Positions 36,860 through 44,323 of a DNA stretch of 64,000 nt are shown piece by piece; position 1 is the first letter of the stretch, and each line of letters starts with the position of its first letter. Both the position numbers and the translations under genes were made by a program. The notes below the pieces were generated by a model, which made no database searches, was not told the origin of the DNA, and saw only the letters and a program-made list of their open reading frames with translations. Source of the stretch: an uncultured Oscillibacter sp. (GTDB taxonomy: Bacteria; Bacillota; Clostridia; Oscillospirales; Oscillospiraceae). The stretch spans positions 9,874-73,873 of the forward strand of contig CAJOHW010000028.1 of the NCBI GenBank assembly GCA_905234565.1, written 5' to 3'.

Positions 36860-37798
36860 TTACCGCTTGTGGTGGGGGCGCAGCTTCACCTTTTCACAGG
36901 CGTTCATCACCTGGGTGGTGACGGCGGCGCTGTACCGGCCCTCGTACATGGAGAGCAAAGGCATCACATCCCGGTTGGAGGTGGCCACGTACTTGGAGGG
37001 CAGGTTGGACAGGGCAATAGCAGTTACATCCACTTTACAGCGGTTGCAGGTACACATCCCCATGAGCTTCATATACTTTTCCGCCTTGGCCTCTACCAGG
37101 GCCTGGGTCAGATTGTAGCAGATGAACTCGTCGGGGTGGGGCTCGGGCTTTTTCGCGGCTTGCGGTGCGGCGGGAGCCGGGGCCGCGGGGGCCGCCTGGG
37201 GCGCAGCGGGAGCCGGAGCCACGGGGGCCGTCTGAGGCGCGGCAGGAGCCGGAGCCACGGGGGCCGCCTGAGGCGCAGCGGGAGCCGGTACCACGGGGGC
37301 CGCCTGAGGCGCAGCAGGAGCCGGGGCCGCAGGCGCGGCCTGGGGCGCAACAGGAGCCGAAGCCATGGGCGCGGCCTGGGTGACGACCGGAGCCGAAGCC
37401 ATGGGCGCGGCCTGGGGCGCAACAGGAGCCGGAGCCGTGGGCGCCGCCTGGGTAACAACCGGGGCCGGAGCCGTGGGCGCCGCCTGGGGCGCGGCGGGGG
37501 CCGGAGTTTCCGGCGCAATGGGCGTAAATTCAGGGACTGACGGCTCCTGGCTCTCCGGCGGCTCTTCCTCTGCCACAGCCTTCTTCCCGCCTCTGGCGGG
37601 CTTCCGGCTGCCGAACAGTTCCTCCACCAAGGCGTCCCGGATTTGCTCCTGGGTGGCCTTGTCGTCCAAGCGCTGCACAGTGGGTTCCTCGGCGGCATGG
37701 TCTCCCGACAGGGAGGCGGGGTCCGTCAGCAGGCTCAGGACCCGGGCGGTCTTGCTGCTCTTACCGCCCTTCCCGGTTTTCGATCCGTTTTTTGGCAT
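36860..37798 (-). CDS. ComFB-domain protein with basic N-terminus and long Ala/Pro-rich repeat linker
   Basis: The C-terminal ~95 aa carry the ComFB Cys pattern (YNLTQALVEAKAEKYMKLMGMCTCNRCKVDVTAIALSNLPSKYV). The N-terminus is MPKNGSKTGKGGKSSKTARVLSLL. The middle has ~10 copies of a 12-aa AP-rich unit. Confidence 0.7.
   Translation of the reverse strand: MPKNGSKTGKGGKSSKTARVLSLLTDPASLSGDHAAEEPTVQRLDDKATQEQIRDALVEELFGSRKPARGGKKAVAEEEPPESQEPSVPEFTPIAPETPAPAAPQAAPTAPAPVVTQAAPTAPAPVAPQAAPMASAPVVTQAAPMASAPVAPQAAPAAPAPAAPQAAPVVPAPAAPQAAPVAPAPAAPQTAPVAPAPAAPQAAPAAPAPAAPQAAKKPEPHPDEFICYNLTQALVEAKAEKYMKLMGMCTCNRCKVDVTAIALSNLPSKYVATSNRDVMPLLSMYEGRYSAAVTTQVMNACEKVKLRPHHKR
37150..37515 (-). repeat. ~36-bp tandem repeats (about 10 copies) encoding the PAPAAPQAAPVA linker
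   Basis: Reiterated ggagccggagccRYgggSgccgcctgRggcgc units are visible in the DNA. The protein reads APTAPAPVVTQA/APMASAPVAPQA/APAAPAPAAPQA... Confidence 0.75.
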
Positions 37799-37846
37799 GG
37801 TGGTTCCCCCATTTCATTGTTTCACAGTCCTATGGTTTTGCGTTCG

Positions 37847-38608
37847 TCAGCCCTCCGGACGCATCAGTTCCCGCAGCAGCGCCTTAAAATCCCGGGCGGG
37901 CCGGGAGTCCGGCGCGTAGGTAATGACGCTCTCGCCGTGGGCGGGAGATTCCGCCACGGTGACGCTGGCGTGGATTTTGGAGTGGAACACCTTGGTCCCC
38001 AGCTTCCGGGCCACGTCCTGGGACATCTCCTCCACTTCCCGGTTCAGCAGCAGGCGGTTGTTGTACCGGTTGAGGAGGATCCCCAGGACTTCCAGGTCCG
38101 GATTGTAGTATTTGCGCACCGTCTCGATGGTGTCCCGGATCTGGGCAATGCCTAAGAGACTGAGGATCTCCGGGGCCATGGGAATGATGAGCCCCTCCGC
38201 CGCCACGTAGGCGTTTACCGTCAGCACGTTCAGGGCGGGCGGGGTGTCGATGATGATGTAGTCATAGTTCCCGGCGGCCTTGGTCAGCTCGTTGCGCAGC
38301 AGGTATTCCCGGCCCGGCACGTTGAACTCCAGTTCCGCCGTGGACAAAAGGATGTTGGAGGGGATGAAGTCCCCCATGTCCGTGGAGGCGATGGCGTTGC
38401 GGATAGGTTCCTTTCCCTTCAGGACATCGTAAATGGTGACACTGTTCTCAATATCCACCCCGGCGCTGAAGCCCAGGCTCCCCTGGGGATCCAGGTCCAC
38501 TCCCAGCACCCGGAAGCCCTTCTGCCGCAATGCCCCAATCAGAGACAGCGCCGTGGTAGTCTTTCCCACGCCGCCTTTCTGGTTGGTGATGGCGATGGTT
38601 TTTTTCAA
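37847..38608 (-). CDS. Orphan ParA/Soj-family (deviant Walker A) ATPase
   Basis: MKKTIAITNQKGGVGKTTTALSL...GVDLDPQGS...IIIDTPPAL. No parB or parS-like partner is present; the gene lies directly upstream of the ComFB-domain gene. Confidence 0.85.
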   Translation of the reverse strand: MKKTIAITNQKGGVGKTTTALSLIGALRQKGFRVLGVDLDPQGSLGFSAGVDIENSVTIYDVLKGKEPIRNAIASTDMGDFIPSNILLSTAELEFNVPGREYLLRNELTKAAGNYDYIIIDTPPALNVLTVNAYVAAEGLIIPMAPEILSLLGIAQIRDTIETVRKYYNPDLEVLGILLNRYNNRLLLNREVEEMSQDVARKLGTKVFHSKIHASVTVAESPAHGESVITYAPDSRPARDFKALLRELMRPEG

Positions 38609-38648
38609 GGCAAGCCCTCCTGTCTGTGTAAAAATTTTTCCTGCCCTC

Positions 38649-38676
38649 TTAATCTTTCTAATTATTATGTCGATAT
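38649..38676 (+). promoter_or_regulatory. Sigma-28-type promoter upstream of fliD
   Basis: TTAA-N16-GTCGATAT, ~205 nt upstream of the fliD ATG. Confidence 0.45.
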
Positions 38677-38882
38677 AAAAGATAAGAAAATTAATAGGGC
38701 CGGAACATTTTTTTCGCGGGATCTCCCTGCCCGCCGCCCCTTTTGACCTGCGGGGCGTCCCGGGGCGGGACCCTTTCCCGTGCCCTTCCCGATTTTCCGT
38801 ACCTTAAGCATCCCACGGAACTCTTTCCGCGTGACGACCGACGCTCCGCCTTGTGCGGAGCGGGACAAAGGAGTGAACATCC

Positions 38883-41800
38883 ATGGCGAACATCAACAGC
38901 ATTTCCGGTTCCACGACTACCACCAGTTCTGTCAGCAACCCCAATGCCATCACAGGCCTTGCCACCGGCATGGACACGGAGGCCATGATCGAAAAAAGCG
39001 TCTCCGGCATCAAGTCCAAAATCTCCTCCCTTCAGCAGAGCCAGACCAAGGTGGAGTGGCGGCAGGAAGCCATGCGCAGCATCCTGGACAAAATGTCCGA
39101 CCTCTCCTCCAAGTACACGTCCTACACCTCCCCCACCAACCTCATGAGCAACCAGTTCTTCACCGGAAACGTGACCGTCACCCCCACCGGCGCTTATGCC
39201 GACCGGGTCAGCGCCACGGGGAAAAGCAATACCGACATCCAGATCAAATCCGTGGACCAGCTGGCCACCTCCTCCCGTTACAGCGTCAACGCCAGCGCCC
39301 TGAATATGGCCTCCGGCCTCAACGCCGAAGGCACCGCCATCGACTGGGAGGGCACCTTCACCCAGCCCGCTTTCTCCGGCACCCTGACCTTGTCCTATGG
39401 CAACCGGACCGTGGACCTGAAGCTGGATCCGGACGATCTGAACATCGGCGGCAGCGACTATCAGCGGGCCAACACCACATACAGCAAGAGCGCCGCCGCC
39501 CGGACCCTGGCCGACGCCATTACCAAAAAGCTGGCGGAGACCGACGTGCGCAACAAAGACGGGGAACTGGTCAAAGGCAGCGAGCTGTTCCAGGGCCTCA
39601 CCGTCACCAAGGACGGGGACATCCGGTTCAACGGCACCACCGACGGACAGCTGGTCACCATCACCAGCGCCAGCGGGGATCTGAAAAGCAATCTGGGCGT
39701 CGGCTCCAGCAGCATCCGGATTTGGACCAACACGGATCAGGGCACCTTCCAGTTTTACAAGAAGCAGAACGCCGCGGAGTACCTGTCCGGCAAGACCATT
39801 GACGTGACCCTGGACGGCGTGACCAAGTCCGTATCCCTGGGGAACCTGACCAACCTGACGGTGTCCACCGGCGGCACCTCCTCCCCCGGCGGCGCCAATG
39901 AAACGGACATCCTCTCCGACGACGATACCTCCTCCACCGCCACAGAGGACAACGCCCTCATGCAGCAGTTGGTGAAAAACCTCCAGACCAGCCTGGACAA
40001 GTCCTTTGGCAAGAACCGGGTCCATGTCACGGAGAAAGACGGCGCCCTGGCCTTCGAGGCCACCGGCGGGTCCACCCTGAAAGTCGCGGCGGAGGACGCC
40101 CTGTCCAACTCCCTGGGGATGGGGGAAACCGGATTGACCAACTACTTCGACACCAGCAAAAACCTGGGGACCCTGCTCAAAGACGAAACCGCCGGAAACA
40201 CCTGGTTTAACCAGCACACCACCATTGAGGTGGACGAGTCCCAAATTGATACCTCCCGGAACGCCTTCGACAAGTCCAAGGGGATCCTCTATGATACGGA
40301 TGGGAACCTGGTGCGCAAAATCGGCATGGCCTACTACCGGGTAGATGAGGACGGAAACCAGGTCTATGAGCAAAACGGCATGAAGGTGGATCCCACCGAA
40401 ATCGACACCACCCGGGACCCCTATAACCCCCAGATCAGCATCCTCTACGATAAGAGCGGCAACCTGGTGAAGAAGTTCGGCGACGACTATTACCGGGTGG
40501 ACTCCGACGGAGATATGCTCTATGAGCTGAAAATCAACGGCGCTTCTGTGGGAGCCTTTAACGGGAAAAACTCCCTGGAGAGCGTCCTCAACACCATCAA
40601 CGGCTCTGACGCCGGGGTTACCGCCACTTACTCCCGCATGACCAACCAGTTCACCTTCACCTCCAAGGAGACCGGGGAACTGGGGGAGATCAACTTCGAC
40701 AGCCCCCTGGCCGCCCGGCTGTTCCAGGCCAACGGGAATACCACCACCATGAAAACCCTGAAAGACGCCCTGTCCGGCTGGAAGTGGGACAGCGACGGCT
40801 CCACCACCCTCTCCCTGGACGGAAAGGAACTGGGCTCCTTCAAGCGGACCGACACCGTGCAGGATGTCATTGACGCCATCAACGCCGGAGGGGACTATAC
40901 CGTGGCCTTTAGCGACAACACCGGCGCGTTCCGCCTGCTGGACAAGGACGGCAACGCCCTCTCTGACAGCCTGTCCCTCACCTCCAACACCGGCAGTTCC
41001 ATCGCGGCGGACAGCACGGTTCCTCCCAGCATTGGCCGGCCCGGCGGGTTCTTCTACGGCCTGGACGACTCCGCCCAGTATACCCGGGGCCAGGACGCCC
41101 AGCTCACCGCCATTGTCAACGGCAAGGAGATGGCCATGAAGCGGGGCTCCAACGTGGTGAATATGGACGGCATGAACGTCACCTTGAAGGGCACCTTCCA
41201 GACGGCGGAGGGGGAGGAGGCCGTGGGCTTCCAGACCAGCGCCGACACCACCGAAATTACCGACGCCATCCGCTCCTTTGTGGACGAGTTCAACGCCCTG
41301 GCCAAGGAGATTCACGACGCCTACTCCACCCAGCCGGCGGAGAAGAACTCCTCCACCCATGCCCGCTATGAGCCCCTCACCGAGGAGGATAAGGCGGATA
41401 TGAGCGATATCGCCATTGAGCGCTATGAGGAGAAGGCCAAACAGGGGATCCTCTTTGGAGACAACGACCTCTCCAACCTCTATTCCCGGCTTATCAGCGC
41501 CATCAGCCCCGGCGGCGCGGACCGCAAGGCCATGGAAGCCATCGGCCTGACCACCCAGTATTCCAACGGCCTGACTACCTTGACCTTGGACGAGGGACGG
41601 CTGAAATCCGCCCTGGAAGCCAACGCGGAGAACGTGAAAAACGTCTTTTCCAGCGCCACCGTCAGTTCCAACGGCCTTATGAGCAAGATGAAGCAGACTT
41701 TGGATACCTACGGCTCCACCGCTTATGGCAACTTAGGCGTCCTGGTGCGCAAGGCCGGCTCCACCCGCAACTCCTCTTCCCTGCTGAACAACACCATGCA

Positions 41801-41960
41801 GTCCCAGATCAACAACTACCAGACCCAGATTGAGAAGTGGCAGGACAAGATGAGCAACAGCATCGACCGCTATACCAAACTGTTCACCCAGCTGGAACAG
41901 CTGACCGCCAAGATGAACAGCCAGTCCAGCGCCCTCAGCGGCCTTATGGGCGGCTATTAA
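38883..41960 (+). CDS. fliD: Flagellar filament cap protein FliD (unusually long, 1025 aa)
   Basis: N-terminus ITGLATGMDTEAMIEKSVSGIKSKISSLQQSQTKVEWRQEA. C-terminus IDRYTKLFTQLEQLTAKMNSQSSALSGLMGG. The large central insertion contains an internal duplication. Confidence 0.85.
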   Translation: MANINSISGSTTTTSSVSNPNAITGLATGMDTEAMIEKSVSGIKSKISSLQQSQTKVEWRQEAMRSILDKMSDLSSKYTSYTSPTNLMSNQFFTGNVTVTPTGAYADRVSATGKSNTDIQIKSVDQLATSSRYSVNASALNMASGLNAEGTAIDWEGTFTQPAFSGTLTLSYGNRTVDLKLDPDDLNIGGSDYQRANTTYSKSAAARTLADAITKKLAETDVRNKDGELVKGSELFQGLTVTKDGDIRFNGTTDGQLVTITSASGDLKSNLGVGSSSIRIWTNTDQGTFQFYKKQNAAEYLSGKTIDVTLDGVTKSVSLGNLTNLTVSTGGTSSPGGANETDILSDDDTSSTATEDNALMQQLVKNLQTSLDKSFGKNRVHVTEKDGALAFEATGGSTLKVAAEDALSNSLGMGETGLTNYFDTSKNLGTLLKDETAGNTWFNQHTTIEVDESQIDTSRNAFDKSKGILYDTDGNLVRKIGMAYYRVDEDGNQVYEQNGMKVDPTEIDTTRDPYNPQISILYDKSGNLVKKFGDDYYRVDSDGDMLYELKINGASVGAFNGKNSLESVLNTINGSDAGVTATYSRMTNQFTFTSKETGELGEINFDSPLAARLFQANGNTTTMKTLKDALSGWKWDSDGSTTLSLDGKELGSFKRTDTVQDVIDAINAGGDYTVAFSDNTGAFRLLDKDGNALSDSLSLTSNTGSSIAADSTVPPSIGRPGGFFYGLDDSAQYTRGQDAQLTAIVNGKEMAMKRGSNVVNMDGMNVTLKGTFQTAEGEEAVGFQTSADTTEITDAIRSFVDEFNALAKEIHDAYSTQPAEKNSSTHARYEPLTEEDKADMSDIAIERYEEKAKQGILFGDNDLSNLYSRLISAISPGGADRKAMEAIGLTTQYSNGLTTLTLDEGRLKSALEANAENVKNVFSSATVSSNGLMSKMKQTLDTYGSTAYGNLGVLVRKAGSTRNSSSLLNNTMQSQINNYQTQIEKWQDKMSNSIDRYTKLFTQLEQLTAKMNSQSSALSGLMGGY

Positions 41961-41987
41961 ACCGATGGGGAGTGACAGAATCAGGCC

Positions 41988-42398
41988 ATGAATACAAGAG
42001 GATATCAGCGCTATAAAGCGCAGTCCCTGAACACCATGACCCAGGGAGAGCTGCTGCTCCTGGTCCTGGACGAACTGGTGAAGCGCCTGCTGCGGGGAGA
42101 TCTGGCCTTGAGCCAGGGGGACTATGAACTGTTTGAAGCCTCCATCGACCGGTGCATCCTGATCGTCCGCTATCTGGACGATACCCTGGACCGGAAGTAT
42201 GAGATCAGCTTCCAGCTCCACCGGCTCTATGAGTTTTTCAGCTACGACCTCAACCGCATCAAGCTGGGCCGCAACAAAACGGAACTGGACCGGCTCCGCC
42301 CCCTGATTACGGACCTGCGGGATACCTTCCGGGCGGCGGAACAGATGGTGTCCTCCGCCCAGGCCCAGGCGGCCCAAGGCGGGGCGCCGGGGATGTGA
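41988..42398 (+). CDS. fliS: Flagellar export chaperone FliS
   Basis: YQRYKAQSLNTMTQGELLLLVLDELVKRL...; 136 aa; position after fliD. Confidence 0.85.
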   Translation: MNTRGYQRYKAQSLNTMTQGELLLLVLDELVKRLLRGDLALSQGDYELFEASIDRCILIVRYLDDTLDRKYEISFQLHRLYEFFSYDLNRIKLGRNKTELDRLRPLITDLRDTFRAAEQMVSSAQAQAAQGGAPGM

Positions 42399-42796
42399 TG
42401 GACCGGGCGGAACTGGAGGCCCTGTGGCAGCGCAGGAAACTCCAGACCCTGCGGCTGCTGGACGTGGAGAACCTGACCCGGGAACTGCTCCAAGCCGCCC
42501 GGCAGCGGGACCAGGTGACGCTGAATATGCTGCTGTCCATGCGGGAAGAACCCCTGCGCCGCCTGGAAGAACTGGAAGCCGCCGTGCGGCAGCAGCTGCT
42601 GCGTCTGCCCCGGGAGGACGCCGTCCGGGCGAAAGCGCTGCTGGAAGGGGCGCCGGCGTCAGGGGAAGAGGAAGCGGCTCTGGCGGCGCAGGTGGCCCAG
42701 TACCGCCGGACCTTAGACGCCGTGGTGGAACTGGACCGGCGGCTGAACCTGAGCCTGACCGGAGACAAGTCCTTTTATAAGATGTTCCGGAACTGA
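42398..42796 (+). CDS. Helical protein in the FliT position (FliT-like, tentative)
   Basis: The ATG overlaps the fliS stop (TGATG). 132 aa, all-helical and charged. The call rests only on fliD-fliS-fliT synteny. Confidence 0.4.
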   Translation: MDRAELEALWQRRKLQTLRLLDVENLTRELLQAARQRDQVTLNMLLSMREEPLRRLEELEAAVRQQLLRLPREDAVRAKALLEGAPASGEEEAALAAQVAQYRRTLDAVVELDRRLNLSLTGDKSFYKMFRN

Positions 42797-42811
42797 ACAC
42801 GATTCCGCGCT

Positions 42812-42845
42812 GCCCGCCCCCGGAAACGAGGGCGGGCTGTCTTTG
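42812..42845 (+). terminator. Rho-independent terminator after the fliT-like gene
   Basis: gcccgccc-ccggaaacga-gggcgggc followed by tgtcttt. Confidence 0.55.
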
Positions 42846-43200
42846 GCAGACAGCCAACTCGCTCTATAAGTCTTTCGCCTCCCAGGTCTTTGGCAGACAG
42901 CCAACTCGCTCTATGAGTCTTTCGCCTCCCAGGTCTTTGGCAGACAGCCAACTCGCTCTACAAGTCTTTCGCCCCCCAGGTTTCTGCGACGGCAACGCAG
43001 GAAGCGCAAAATCTCCCCTGTCCGTCTTTGGCAGACAGCCAACTCGCTCTACAAGTCTTTCGCCTCCCAGGTCTTTGGCAGACAGCCAACTCGCTCTACA
43101 AGTCTTTCGCCTCCCAGGTCTTTGGCAGACAGCCAACTCGCTCTATAAGTCTTTCGCCTCCCAGGTTTCTGCGACGGCAACGCAGGGCTGCCGTCCCTAA
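42839..43200. repeat. Tandem array: two blocks of 3 x 47-bp units, each block ending in a gtttctgcgacggcaacgcag hairpin tail
   Basis: Units at 42839, 42886, 42933 and at 43024, 43071, 43118 (gtctttggcagacagccaactcgctctaYaagtctttcgcctcccag). Tails at 42980-43023 and 43165-~43200. Same family, in reverse orientation, as 51276-51455. Confidence 0.9.
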
Positions 43201-43211
43201 GAGAACCCCTT

Positions 43212-44207
43212 TCACGGCGATATAATCCACAGAGGTGCGCCGTCGTAGCGGCTGGCGGACAGCTCCGAGATGATGAGATCCGGATCCCACACCTCCACGC
43301 TGTTCTCCCGGCTGTTGGGGTCCGCCACCAGCACCCCGCCGTCCTCCGTGGTGCCGTGGATGATGATGAAGTGTCCGCTTTTGGTGAAGTGGCCCCGTCC
43401 CATAAGGGCCACGGCATAGGCCCCGCCCTTCACCGTGTCGTACAGGGTCTGGCCGTCCAGTTGGGCGGGGGACTGGCAGGAGAAGCCGTAGTGGTCCGCC
43501 GCCCCCTGGATGATGGACAGGTAGGAGCCGCTGGAAGGGGCGGCGTATCCCGCGTTGGAAGCCCACTGGGCGGCGGCCTCCGGCGTCAGGGCCTTCCCCC
43601 GGAAGGTGGACACCAGCATGGCCACCACCACCGGGCCGCAGCCGTGGGTGCCGATGGGGTCCCGGCCAAAGAGCTTGTCCGCCCAGGCGTCGTCCTTCTG
43701 GTTGTAGTAGACGAAGTACTTCCGGTTCCCGCCGGTGAGCAGTTCAAAACTGCCGCTGTGTACCAGTTCCGTCACCGCCGCCGGGGTGGTATCCTGGGGG
43801 GCGGTGTCCTCTGGCAGCTGGCCGCTCTTCATGAGCTTTTTCAGCCGCCGCTCCTCCGCCTTCCGGGCACGCTCCTCCTCCCTGGCCCTGCGCTTTTCCT
43901 CCCGGACGCGCAGCCGCTCCTGACGCTGGCGCTCCCGCTCTATCCGCAGTTCCTCCGCCCGCAGACGCTGGGCCTGGGCCAGTTCCTCCCGGAGATCCGC
44001 CTGATCCGACAGCCACTGGGCATATTGGCCGGAAATATCCTTGACTTGTGTACGCGCTCCGTGGTATAAAATACGTACAGGCGTGACAATCCGCTCGTAG
44101 AGGGCCGGATCCTGGCTCCGGCAGGCGGCCAGCTCCGCGGCACATACGCACAGCGCCGCTAAGAGCACGGTCATGATGAAGTTTTTCACAAGGCTTCGCT
44201 CGTTCAT
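43212..44207 (-). CDS. Membrane-anchored papain-like (C39-like) cysteine peptidase-domain protein with a highly charged coiled-coil linker
   Basis: ATG at 44207 (SD GAGGTG). TM segment FIMTVLLAALCVCAA. ER-rich helix RAEELRIERERQRQERLRVREEKRRAREEERARKAEERR. C-domain with THGCGPVVVAMLV (Cys) and GHFIIIHG (His). Confidence 0.6.
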   Translation of the reverse strand: MNERSLVKNFIMTVLLAALCVCAAELAACRSQDPALYERIVTPVRILYHGARTQVKDISGQYAQWLSDQADLREELAQAQRLRAEELRIERERQRQERLRVREEKRRAREEERARKAEERRLKKLMKSGQLPEDTAPQDTTPAAVTELVHSGSFELLTGGNRKYFVYYNQKDDAWADKLFGRDPIGTHGCGPVVVAMLVSTFRGKALTPEAAAQWASNAGYAAPSSGSYLSIIQGAADHYGFSCQSPAQLDGQTLYDTVKGGAYAVALMGRGHFTKSGHFIIIHGTTEDGGVLVADPNSRENSVEVWDPDLIISELSASRYDGAPLWIISP

Positions 44208-44323
44208 GGATGCACCTCGGGGCGGTACGCGCCAAGTTCGGAATGATACGCATATCAGTATAACAAACCCGGCGGGATTTGTAAAGTGACAATCCCATTT
44301 CAACGGGGCAGGAGGCGGCTTGG

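Noticed and set aside
37847-38608. ParA as the chromosome-partitioning Soj
   Set aside because: No spo0J/parB gene or oriC-proximal genes (gidAB, rnpA, dnaA) are nearby, and the gene lies in a flagellar locus. I therefore treat it as an orphan ParA, although this cannot be excluded without the whole genome.
38700-38882. CsrA-binding sites in the long fliD leader (cgGGAca and aaaGGAgt around the SD)
   Set aside because: GGA triplets are expected by chance in a 180-nt GC-rich leader, and the SD itself contains GGA. Without structure or binding data this is not reportable as a site.
38691-41360. 889-aa ORF antisense to fliD. The same issue applies to several other long ORFs:
- 48300-51173 (957 aa)
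- 24814-27060 (748 aa)
- 45671-47920 (749 aa)
- 14576-16003
- 1018-2469
- 44320-45966
- 53086-54477
   Set aside because: These are typical high-GC shadow ORFs. They have Gly/Arg/Pro/His/Val-rich low-complexity translations with no motifs. Each lies exactly opposite, or out of frame with, a gene that has unmistakable family signatures (FliD, MCP, CheA, FtsA-like and so on).
42839-43200. Possible CRISPR array, because of the regularly spaced 47-bp repeats
   Set aside because: The units are directly head-to-tail with no unique spacers. There are no cas genes in the window. The same sequence family occurs as single interspersed copies elsewhere.
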